DNA from: Octopus sinensis
Taxonomy: Eukaryota
Direction of reading: 5' to 3'
DNA: 64,000 nt
Assembly: GCF_006345805.1 (NCBI RefSeq)
Contig: NC_043005.1
Location: 46,872,001 to 46,936,000, forward strand
In this document: piece after piece, positions 54,415 to 64,000 of the stretch
How positions within the stretch are numbered: position 1 is the stretch's first letter
Layout of the letters: every line of letters begins with the position of its first letter
The notes under the pieces: model-generated
Databases searched by the model: none
Told to the model about the DNA's origin: nothing
Seen by the model: the letters and a program-made list of their open reading frames with translations, nothing else
Translations under genes and position numbers: made by a program

Positions 54415-54820
54415 CTCAGGTTTTGTTGAAGCACCGGAGTCTTGCATGCGTAGCGGGTATGCTACCTGCAGTCTGTGGAACCATGCTATCTGTTCTTCTC
54501 AACTATCTAATACTTTCCTCATGATTCTGACTGTGCCAAGGAGGCAAATGTTTTTGAAACAGCTCTACTGGGTACTTTATTCTCACTTGCTTTATATTAC
54601 TATTGATGCCTTCTGATACTGTCCCCAAAGACTCAACAATAATAAGCATTATCTTCACCTTCTTCATTTTACACAGTCAAGCAATCTCGTGTTGAAGAGA
54701 AACTGACCAGGCGCTCGTGCACAACAAGCGTTGGCCAAGGTGAACCACATGTGTTCTATAATTGACGTTGCGTACTCCTTTGACGCACGAGTAATTAAGG
54801 AGGAAGGTGAACAAATATAC
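54415..54820 (-). mobile_element. R4/Dong-like non-LTR retrotransposon 3' fragment (REL endonuclease) with inverted 5' segment
   Basis: Minus 54700-54500: LQHEIA*LCKMKKVKIMLIIVESLGTV...CLLGTVRIMRKVLDS-stop; plus 54701-54820: TDQALVHNK / CSIIDVAYSFDARVIKEEGEQIY. Confidence 0.8.
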
Positions 54821-54987
54821 ATTCTTCTTCTTCTTCTTCTTCTTCTTCTTTTCTTCTTCTTCTTCTTCTTCTTCTTCTTCTTCTTCTTCTTCCTCCTCCT
54901 CCTCCAACTCATTCTTTTTCATTATTATTACTATTATTGTTGTTGTTGTTGTTGTTATTATTATTATTATTATTATCAGCACCATCA

Positions 54988-55037
<50 letters not shown>

Positions 55038-55070
55038 TATTATTATCATTATTATCATTATTATTATTAT
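54821..55070. repeat. (TTC)n/(TCC)n/(TTG)n/(ATT)n compound tract
   Basis: Direct reading. Confidence 0.97.
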
Positions 55071-55071
55071 T

Positions 55072-55630
55072 GTGTGAGAGAGCAATGCATGCTATCAAAG
55101 TGACACTGGAGTGCAAATATACGAAGCCCAGTATACCCATCATGACTACCCGTCTGATGAGGGTACACTAGGCAAATGCATCACAGCCATATGTACGCGA
55201 CATAGTTATCTTACCAAAATAAACAGGTGGGGGTGCAGTTAGACGTTTCTTCAGGTCGAGTAGCTCACCCGTTCAAAAGGTCCCTGAATAAGGCTTGTTT
55301 TAAGGATGATGCACAAAGTACCCATATTTCCAGGGGTGAATTTTTCAAACCCCAAATAATGCTCCCTCACCACTACTTCTTCACATGATAAGAGATGCAC
55401 ATATCGTCAGCCAATAAGTGATATGCTCAGTTGGTTAAGGTCAAGCAACTGACAAGCAAATCTGTGGTATTGAGCAGAACATTTGCTGTAGCCCATCATT
55501 TATACCAAGACAAAACGATGTACATGATAACACTCCCAATCAGTTAAGACCAAAAACTATGAAGGCCACTGTCTGGTAATGCATCAGGGCTTTCATGAGA
55601 GTCACTACTTGGTACTGCATCAGGGCATTT
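55072..55630 (-). repeat. Interspersed repeat embedded in (ATT)n, probable non-coding 3' part of a microsatellite-targeting retroelement
   Basis: Reverse-complement homology to 57687-58149; a short 3' stub of the same family lies at about 46617-46640. Confidence 0.75.
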
Positions 55631-55634
55631 ATTA

Positions 55635-55689
<55 letters not shown>

Positions 55690-55758
55690 TATTAAAAACT
55701 GATGGATCGATGATAGAATGATAGGTAGACAGACAGTCTGACAGATAACTAGATTGAC

Positions 55759-55921
55759 CCTTATGCATAACGTGGAGCCTAAAGAACGCGTTTCTGCGCG
55801 CTCTCTCTCTCAAGCGAATTCTATTCAGGAAGAAATTCCTAATGGCCACCTCTACTACAAGACTGTCTCCTGGGTGTTCCTTAACGTAGTCGAAACCAGA
55901 ATCAATTGAAATGCAGACATC
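55759..55921 (-). CDS. Weaker candidate exon (163 nt): DVCISIDSGFDYVKEHPGDSLVVEVAIRNFFLNRIRLRERARRNAFFRLHVMHK
   Basis: 54 open codons of non-repetitive, relatively GC-rich sequence bounded by AG and GT; both splice sites are mediocre. Confidence 0.3.
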
Positions 55922-56999
55922 CTAACTACATGGCTATTTGTGCTTGTAACAGGTTTATTTCAATGGTGTCATATATTTTCTCATAAATATTCTACAAAAC
56001 ATGGTTTGAGATATATTATGATGCTGTTTGCTTCGTTATGGTATCACATTCTTCGGTCCCTCCCATGTTATCAAGGAAGTTTATATAACTCTCACAAAAT
56101 CTGAAAATAAGAAAGCCTGTATATGCTACTCTGTATTTTATAATTATACAGAGACACAAAATGTGTTCTTACGTTTCCATATTCCAAAACCTACTGACTG
56201 ACTGACCACACTTGTTTTTAATTCATATTCTCTACGGTCGAACCGTTTTTAACGACAGTAGCACAACATCATCCACCAGATGGATCATGTCATTCACTGA
56301 GCCGCTGCATGCTTCACTGATTACCTAATCTTGTTTTTCGTTCATTTCTGAAGTATTTTTTTTTTATATTTCTTCTGTCATTTTTTTCCTTGTTAATTGT
56401 TTCGGTCCTTTTTCTCGTGTTCTCTTGTCTCGAGTCTTCATTTTTTTTTCTTTATTTGTTCCATAGTTTCTCTATGTGAAAGATGTTTATTGAGTCCGGT
56501 GTTCATTCTGTTTGTTTCGTCGGATACAAGTAAGTTAATCTCTGTGGCAGATGAAGAGCGAACACTGTATCACGTGACTCATAATAATTGTGTGTGTGTG
56601 TGTGTGTGTGTGTTGTGTGTGTGTGTGTGTGTGTTGTGTGTGTGTGTGTCTAGGAGAGGAGGCAGTTCAGCCATATCCTCACGCCGCCTGGACACTCCGC
56701 CTCATCATAGACGACACATTGACTGGTTGGTCAACAATACTGCTTCCCTTCGCTTCCTGTGGCTCAGTTGATTAGTCTCTCAAAACGGAACAAATTCAAA
56801 TCTGAATGTCTTCAGTTTGGAGTGTACAGAGGCGGGATAGGGTTTTCCTCCGATACAATTTTCCTTATAATGTTTTGATACAATTGTGGGGATGTGTAAA
56901 CCCGTGTTACCCATTATGATGGGCGATCAGCTGGAATGGCAGTAGCTAAACCCTTGTTTTCAATGTGGATGTAAAACGAAAAAGGAGAAAAATTTGACG

Positions 57000-57208
57000 T
57001 AGTCATAGCAGCTGCAACAATAGCACCAACGGTAGCAGCAGCAACAGCAGCAGTAGTAGTAGTTGTTGTTGTTGTAGTAGCAACAGCAACAATAGCAGCA
57101 GTAGTCATAGTAGTAGCGGTAGTAGTAGTAATAATAGTAGCAGCAGAAACAGTAGTAGTAGTAGTAGTAGCAGCAATAGTAGTAGTAGTAGCAGCAGCAG
57201 CAGCACTT

Positions 57209-57239
<31 letters not shown>

Positions 57240-57248
57240 ATGTAGTGG
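57000..57248. repeat. Degenerate (GCA)/(GTA)/(GTT) trinucleotide tract
   Basis: Direct reading. Confidence 0.9.
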
Positions 57249-57374
57249 TAAAAATCTATAAGGTACAGTGTCGATCGCAACAGGATCAAATATAAAGAAA
57301 ACAATATCAGCAACATTACGTTAATACAACAACAACAACAACTACTACTACTACTCCTACTACTACTACCACCA

Positions 57375-57628
57375 CAATCATGTCTACGTCTGGCACAAGG
57401 ACAGCGCTTCTGATGGGTGGGTAGTCAATTACATCGTATACAAGGCCAGTAAGTTCAGGTGAGCGGGTAGGTCGATTAAATCGATCTCAAGGCTCAACTG
57501 GTACTTATCGACCCTGAAAGCATGAAAGGCAAAGTTGATCACAGCGGAATTTGAACTCAACGTTAATATGGATGAAATGCCGCTAAGCATTTTGCCCGGC
57601 GTGATAACGATTCTGCCATCTCTCCACC
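57375..57628 (-). mobile_element. SINE group A
   Basis: gccgctaagcattttgcccggcgtgataacgattctgcc. Confidence 0.8.
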
Positions 57629-57631
57629 GAT

Positions 57632-57686
<55 letters not shown>

Positions 57687-57689
<3 letters not shown>

Positions 57690-58149
57690 GATGAGCTACA
57701 GCAAATATTCTGCTCAATAACAGATTTGCTTGTGAGTTGTTTGACTTTAACCAGTTGAGCATGTTCCTTAGTGTTTGACAATATGTGCATCTCTGATCAC
57801 TAGCAGAAGTAATTGGGGAGCATCATAGCCATGTGTTAAGAGGAATTGTTTGGGATTTGGATAGTTCAGCCCTGGAAACAAGGGTGTTTCGTTCAACATT
57901 CTTAAACAATCCTTATTCAGGGACCTTTTGAGCTGGACGGGCTACTCAACCTGAAGAAAATTTTAACTGGGCCCCACCTGCTAGGACATGTGCTGTTTTT
58001 CTTGATATGAGATAACCATGTCGTGCACATATGCTTGTAATGCATGTGCCTGATGTACCCTTATCAGACGGGTAGTCATCATGGGTATATCAGGCTTCAT
58101 ATATTCTACCCCAAGTGTCACTTTGATGGCAAGCACTTCTCTCTCACTC
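57687..58149 (+). repeat. Second copy of the (AAT)n-embedded repeat
   Basis: Shares e.g. tcagacgggtagtcat(c)atgggtata and agtgtcactttgat with the 55072-55630 copy; ends ctctctcactc-(AAT)n. Confidence 0.75.
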
Positions 58150-58196
<47 letters not shown>

Positions 58197-58267
58197 TAAT
58201 AATAATAGTAATAATAATAATAATAAAATTAATAATAATAATAATGATAATAATGATAATAATGATC

Positions 58268-58480
58268 ATTTCTATTATAGACATAAGGCCTCAGATTTCG
58301 TGGGATGGGACTACTCGATTACATCTATGCCAGTTTTTCACTGGTACTTAAATTAACGATCCCGAAAGGATGAAAAGCAAAGTGGATCTCGGTGAAATTT
58401 GAACTCAGAACGTAGTGACGGGCAAAATACCGCTATGCATTTCATCCAGCGTGCTAACAATCCTGCCTGCTCGCCGCCTT
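58268..58480 (-). mobile_element. SINE group A
   Basis: Head ends ctcgccgcc at about 58478. Confidence 0.85.
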
Positions 58481-58530
58481 GATAACAACAACAGCAACAA
58501 CAACAACAACAACAACAACAATAATAATAA

Positions 58531-58965
58531 ATTCGGAAATAGTAAACAGAGATAACATTTGTAGATAAGAAAAAAACGAAATTGCTTACTTATCGACCCA
58601 TCATGCTCCTTTAATTCCAGGATCGTTAAGAACGAGGAAGAAAACAAAATACAATCCCTTAAAGTTTGAAATAAGAGGAATTTGGAGCATACGGATAGTA
58701 AAGTTGTGCCTATAATAATTGGTGCGTTGGGAACAGTAAGCCAAGATATAGACAAATGGCTGAGGGAGATTGAAATAGAATGTCCGGTAGAGCTACAATA
58801 GACAGTTTGTCTCTTAGGGACAGCAAGGATTATCAGGAGAGTTCTAAGCACTTGAATGACTTGAAAACTTGTGGATACCAAAGGTAATAGGCAGTAACCC
58901 GCTATCCAACATAAGTCCTACCAGGAATAGGACCGAACCTGAGCCAGAACAAATGTAATGATAAT
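58531..58965 (+). mobile_element. 5'-truncated R4/Dong-like retrotransposon (REL endonuclease C-terminus) in an (AAC)/(AAT) tract
   Basis: CLLIDPSCSF...KYNPLKFEIRGIW...VVPIIIGALGTV...CLLGTARIIRRVLST-stop at 58855; ends in taatgataataa. Confidence 0.85.
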
Positions 58966-59289
58966 AAAGAAACTAATCTTGTAAGATCTGAAGATCAGCT
59001 TGCAAAAAGGAAATGTTTCGTACAAAGAACAATATTTCACAAACCACGATTATTATAATATTTGAAATATTTTAAAACAGTACGGAAAATATAGTAAAAT
59101 ACATGAAAACTACAAACAATATATCTTTAGAATTACTTTCCACCTTTTTCCACAATGTCTTCCCGTTTATTATTTTATATTTTTTTACTTCTATGACCTT
59201 TCTTTTATTTACATATGGTTTCTTTGAAAGATAATCAAAGCCATTCGCCTTTCTCTTATTTTCACAACTACAATATTTAGAATGCATAA

Positions 59290-59700
59290 ACTAGCAGAGT
59301 CAACAGCACGCTGGACACAATGCGTAGCAGTATTTTCGTTCGTCTTTACGTTCTGAGATCAAATTCCACCGGGGTCGACTTTGACTTTCATCCTTTCAGG
59401 GTCGATATAATAAGTACCAGTTGAGCCGCCCTGGGGTCTATATAATCGACTTACCCCGTCATCCGAACTTGCTGACCTTCTGTCAAAATTTAAAGCTAAT
59501 ATTTAGAACAGTTATAGTGGCAAGCTGGCAGTATCATTAGCACGCCGTTCCGAGATAAAGTCCTGCCTAGATTGATTTGCCTTTCATCCTTTCAGGGTCG
59601 ACAAAATAAGTTCCAGTTGAGCGCTGGGGTCGAATTAATCGATTTACCCCTCACTCGAACCTGCTGGCATTGTGACTAAAATTTGAAACCAATATTTAGA
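59290..59700 (+). mobile_element. Two head-to-tail SINE group A copies
   Basis: Cores at about 59375 and 59580. Confidence 0.8.
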
Positions 59701-60094
59701 ATGCTTGTCTTCATCATTAATTTCCATTCGCTGGACCGATTTCAGAATCTGACTAGTTTTAATTCATGTTAATAAATTTGTTTTGCTATAAGTAACCCTA
59801 TGTAATGAAGAAAGCTTTCTGACTGTCTCTGTTAATTGTTCCTCGCCGGAATCATCTCAACTCTGATAGAATTCTATGGGCCAATATTCCACCGAGGACT
59901 TACTTCCGGGACATTACTTTCGCATTGCTTAATTTTATTGTTCCTTTTCCTCAATTACACTTTTGTTTGTTTCGTTTTGTTATATTCGAAATGAATAGTC
60001 TCACTGACAAAGAATGTTGACTGAAGTGAAAATCTCACATTATAGATTAAAAATATATAATTTGATATTCTAAATACGAAGTTTTAATAATTCC

Positions 60095-60148
<54 letters not shown>

Positions 60149-60199
60149 ATGTGTGTATGTATATATGCACAAATGTATGCACGTATGTTTGAAAGTACG

Positions 60200-61580
60200 T
60201 ATGATGTATGTTTCTTCTGTATTTAATCATTAAAAATCTTCCTCTGAAGAAAGATCTGTTTCTAACAAAGATACAAAGCTCCATCTTCTGAAAGTAGATA
60301 AAGAAAACGATGTCACATTTTAAACCTGAGAAAAGTCTTGCATAGTTTTACTGTTCCGCTTACAGATTGTATTTGTAACGTGCTAATCAGGTATTTGATT
60401 TCTTTTTCTGAAAATCCAAGCTTATCCAGACTGACAGTTAGGCAAGTGCTCTAATTACATTGGTATAAATGTAACTTTGTAATCTGGGTATAGTAGGTTT
60501 CGTAGTAGTTGTCCATATTTATCTTCTTTCTCTGATTTTCGTAAAGATATTCACATCAGCAGGACACCTGACCTCTGTGTTGGTAGATATTTTTTGTCTG
60601 TCCCAAACAGCAATAACTGACCTTTTATGCTTAGACCTGACAAATGTTTTGATGATAATGTTCCACCAATATCCCTTGCGCTGGTATTCTCTATATTTGT
60701 TTCAGGACAGTTTTTTTTTCTGATAGGCATTGTATATTGATGTTGGTATGACGTCACGTCGCATTGGGCAGGGGCTAATCACGTGTGTGATGCCTTCCGC
60801 AGAAATATGACATAATCTACATTTACGGTTGCATCTTGGAACACTAAGAGCTTCACTGTCTCTTTTCTTGATTAGGTATTTAGTAGAAATCTCCTGTTCT
60901 TGGATTGCAAACGCATAGCCTCCGAAGTGAGATGGGATGTAGCAGTCACGAGTCCTAGAGAGGCTTCGCTTCATGTCACTGTTTTTATCATCTTCATCTT
61001 TACGAGAAACATACTCAGGTATTCTTTGAGGTATGCTTATTCAGTTGATTTTTGGTTGTGTGAGAGATCACCAGGAAAAAAGTAATCCCCGAGGAGCTCA
61101 CTTCCAACATGTAGGATATTGTTTTCTTCGCGTTTCAGTATTAAATTAATGTATTTATTTTTGCTGCTGTTGTTTAACAAGTACTGTCTGAGAGAGACTA
61201 TGTGATATTCAAAGGTTGTCTGCACTGATCCCAAACCCCCTACCACCTTTATCTCTTCTTATGCAGAAACTCTCAATATCACCATTTTTGTGAAGATTTC
61301 CAGTTGATGCTAGAATCTTGCGGGTGGATTTCTTCTATAGACCAGTCAAGCATCCTAAATGTTGCAATCAGCTCTGGTACTGCAAATGCATTGAGGGATA
61401 TTGTCATGTTGTAAGAGGAACAGTTCGGACTGTCATATTTTCTTTAGTTTGGTGTAATAATCTTGAGTCACACTTTATTCACAATACCTTGGTATGATAT
61501 ATTTTCATCAATGCCAAGGTACTTGTAGCATTCTTTGTGAGGGACAGGAGAGATAGTGAGACCATTGATACAAGGGTTCT
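60200..61580 (-). mobile_element. 5'-truncated REL-clade non-LTR retrotransposon (RT thumb, CCHC knuckle, endonuclease)
   Basis: YKYLGIDEN, RDKGGRG, FAIQEQEISTKYL, KCRLC...ITHVISPC, CPADVNI, EKEDKYGQLLRNL, KLCKTFLRFKM-stop at 60313; several frameshifts. Confidence 0.88.
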
Positions 61581-61883
61581 CTGTCTGTCTCTATATCTGT
61601 CTCTATGTCTAGTTGTATATGTGTGAATTGTCTGTCTGTCTGTATGTATGTAAGTATGTATGTGTGTGTGTATTGCATGTATGTATGTATGTATGCATCT
61701 AAAGAAGAGCGAAGGGTGGAAACATCAAAGACTTCTTAGCATTTTTTCTGAGCGTCAAACTAACTCACCATGTTTCTTCCCTCACTTGTCTCTGTCTTTT
61801 TTGCTCTTTGTATAATTTCGAACCACGCATCCGCCCCTACACACACACACACACACAAACAGATACACACACGTATGCATGTA

Positions 61884-62764
61884 CTAGCTGACGTACCCGG
61901 TAATTCCCGGGAAAGCGTGGCTTATCCCTTTGTTCCATTCTTATAATTGTTTCGCTAATCCAATAATAACACTACCAAGTATGTTGCTCTTAAAACAGTT
62001 TTTGTGCATTTACAAAGAATACAGAACTGTCATACACAGGATCTTGTTTTTAGGAATTCCCAATAAGTTATGAATACCTAAAATGTGAAGTCAGTTAGGT
62101 AATAACATGAAATTAGTTACCCAATAGTAATAATACAAATGAAGTAGGGCTTTAATGCGTTCCCAGAGTATATAGTAAGTATACTAAAATCGTGAGGCAT
62201 GTTACGTAATAACAGGCTAATCAGATATGATTTAATAACAATTCAAAGTAAATATTCTCAAAAGGGCTTTTGTGCGTTCCCAGAGAATACTACCCTCAGG
62301 GCGCTAGCGTTGGTATATTCGTGAATTAGTCACTAACCGAAATAAATGGGGAATATTGTTTAGGAAAATACTATTTACTTGTTTAAGGGTTGTACTGGAT
62401 AAATTGCGAAAATAACTCTAACAGTTCAAATACTAAGAAATAAGCATAATCAATTTGATTTATACCAAATAATTTTGGAAAATGATTGGGTTTTTTCCTT
62501 TAGCTATATGTAAGGATCACTTCCAGGGGCGAATGGGTTATTTCTCTTGGCTGTTAAAAGAAAATATATTAGATATATATAAGGATCCCTTCCAGGGGCC
62601 CTATTATCGATTTTGTCTACAATCTGAGTATGGCAGGAGGTTTCCAGACACGAATTCTACTCACGTGTCAAGTTTCATCAAAATCGATAAAACGATGTAG
62701 GAGGAGTTAGCTAACAACTCCACGAACACATCCACAGACAGAATCTCCCTCATATGTAGTAGAG
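61884..62764 (-). mobile_element. Non-autonomous Helitron (about 880 bp) with internal direct repeats
   Basis: Minus 3' end CCCGG-GAATTA-CCGGG, 8 nt, CTAG|T; 5' end TCTACTAC...; internal repeats aaggatc(a/c)cttccagggg and gcgttcccagag. Confidence 0.75.
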
Positions 62765-63136
62765 TTATGCATCTATGTATGTATTTATGTATTTATGTAT
62801 GTATGTATATTTCAAGGGTAATTAGTTTAATACCAATAACAATACGTAAATTTAATAAACAGTTATTTCTTTACCAGGTTTTCAAATCGGATTCAAGAAA
62901 TCCTCTTGTATTTTTAACAATTCCTCCTTATTTAAACCCAAGGCGAGAAATTCTGAACGGTGAAGTTAGTCGATAGCATCAACCCCAGGACTTGGTAGGT
63001 ACTTTATTCCACTGGGAGACTATAGGTTTTGATCATAAAATGTAACGCCTAGGAAGAAATAATCATTTCTATTATAGGCACAAGGCCTGAAATTTTGGGG
63101 GACGGGGACAGACACACACAAATATATACATATCAG

Positions 63137-63204
<68 letters not shown>

Positions 63205-63207
<3 letters not shown>

Positions 63208-63372
63208 CGACAGGCTTCTTTCAGTTTCCGTCTAACAAATCCTCTCACAAGGCTTTGATCGGCTCGAGGCTATAATACAAAAAACTGGTGCAAGGTGCCA
63301 CGCAGTGGAACTGAACTCAGAACCATGTGGTTGGCATGCAAACGTTTTGGTCACACAGCCATGCCTGCGCCT
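63205..63372 (-). mobile_element. SINE group B 5' half
   Basis: cttctttcagtttccgtct...gtgccacgcagtggaactgaac. Confidence 0.8.
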
Positions 63373-63457
63373 ATATGGCCACGCCTGCGCGTATATAGCC
63401 ACGCCTGCTTCTATATGACCACACTTGCTCGTATATAGTCATGTCTGTGTCTATTTA
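63358..63457. repeat. 20-bp minisatellite x5 at a SINE 5' junction
   Basis: Units of type gcca(c/t)gcctgcgc(c/g)tatat(g/a), decaying distally. Confidence 0.75.
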
Positions 63458-63787
63458 TTTGTAAGTAGAAATATTGATATGACTGATAAGGATCGAAAAA
63501 CATTTAAAATTGTTTTTTTTTACCATTACACATGTTACATTTGCTCCTACGAATTACAAAGTTGCCTACGTAAGAGAAATGTGTAACATATCTCCTATTA
63601 GAAATTTTTTCAGACAGAGAATAAAAAATGTTAGTCTGCAAAAAATATTTCCCAGAATTTTCAAATCCTATGCATACCTCACGCAATAAAAAAACATCTG
63701 CATACTGATTTTATATCCTGGAATAAGCAAATGTGCTTCAAGAAGACACAGCTTGGATTTAAACCCCATCTACATTATATGTATGTA

Positions 63788-63849
63788 CTAGTTGGCCCCG
63801 TGCCGTCAAAGATAACGGCTATTTGTAGCCTTTTATATATAAATATAGA
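63788..63849 (-). mobile_element. Minimal 62-bp Helitron-like element
   Basis: A|TCTATATTTATATATAAAAG...GCCGT-loop8-ACGGC, 10 nt, CTAG|T. Confidence 0.65.
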
Positions 63850-64000
63850 TGGTAAATCAAATTAATTCACTTGCCAATGTTATCTAGTTGTTGTCTTTTG
63901 AGATGTGACATCGATCATCGTTTGTTACTGAAAGAACGCTAGTTTACACATACAAACATTCACATACTTCCCTTGTACACGCACACACATACACACATAT

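Noticed and set aside
56651-56775. GC-richer segment with two open plus frames
   Set aside because: Both frames originate in a (TG)n tract and end quickly; no supporting splice donor or homology recognised

Overview
AT-rich eukaryotic genomic DNA dense in microsatellites. The SINE families resemble those I recognise from coleoid cephalopods (Octopus); this is recognition, not a database hit. Nearly every ORF in the supplied track is a microsatellite artefact. Supported content: (1) a near-complete D34D mariner (27787-29056) with TIRs and TA target site; (2) a decayed hAT/Charlie-type transposase (about 13750-15080); (3) LINE remnants: CR1-like at 52940-53890, Jockey/CR1-like at 2360-3040, and three REL-endonuclease (R4/Dong-like) fragments at 54-61.6 kb, one with a 5' inversion; (4) three non-autonomous Helitrons, one only 62 bp; (5) two foldback elements; (6) TA-flanked Penelope-like terminal remnants with degenerate hammerhead-like motifs; (7) dozens of tRNA-derived SINEs in three groups; (8) a probable minus-strand host gene built of very small exons that the ORF track cannot see (best-supported chain 31777 to 21870, weaker candidates up to 55921). 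I cannot name the gene. I found no convincing novel multi-gene system. The most unusual observations concern retroelement and Helitron architecture and the cryptic mini-exon gene. SINE and remnant boundaries are approximate (about 20 bp either way).
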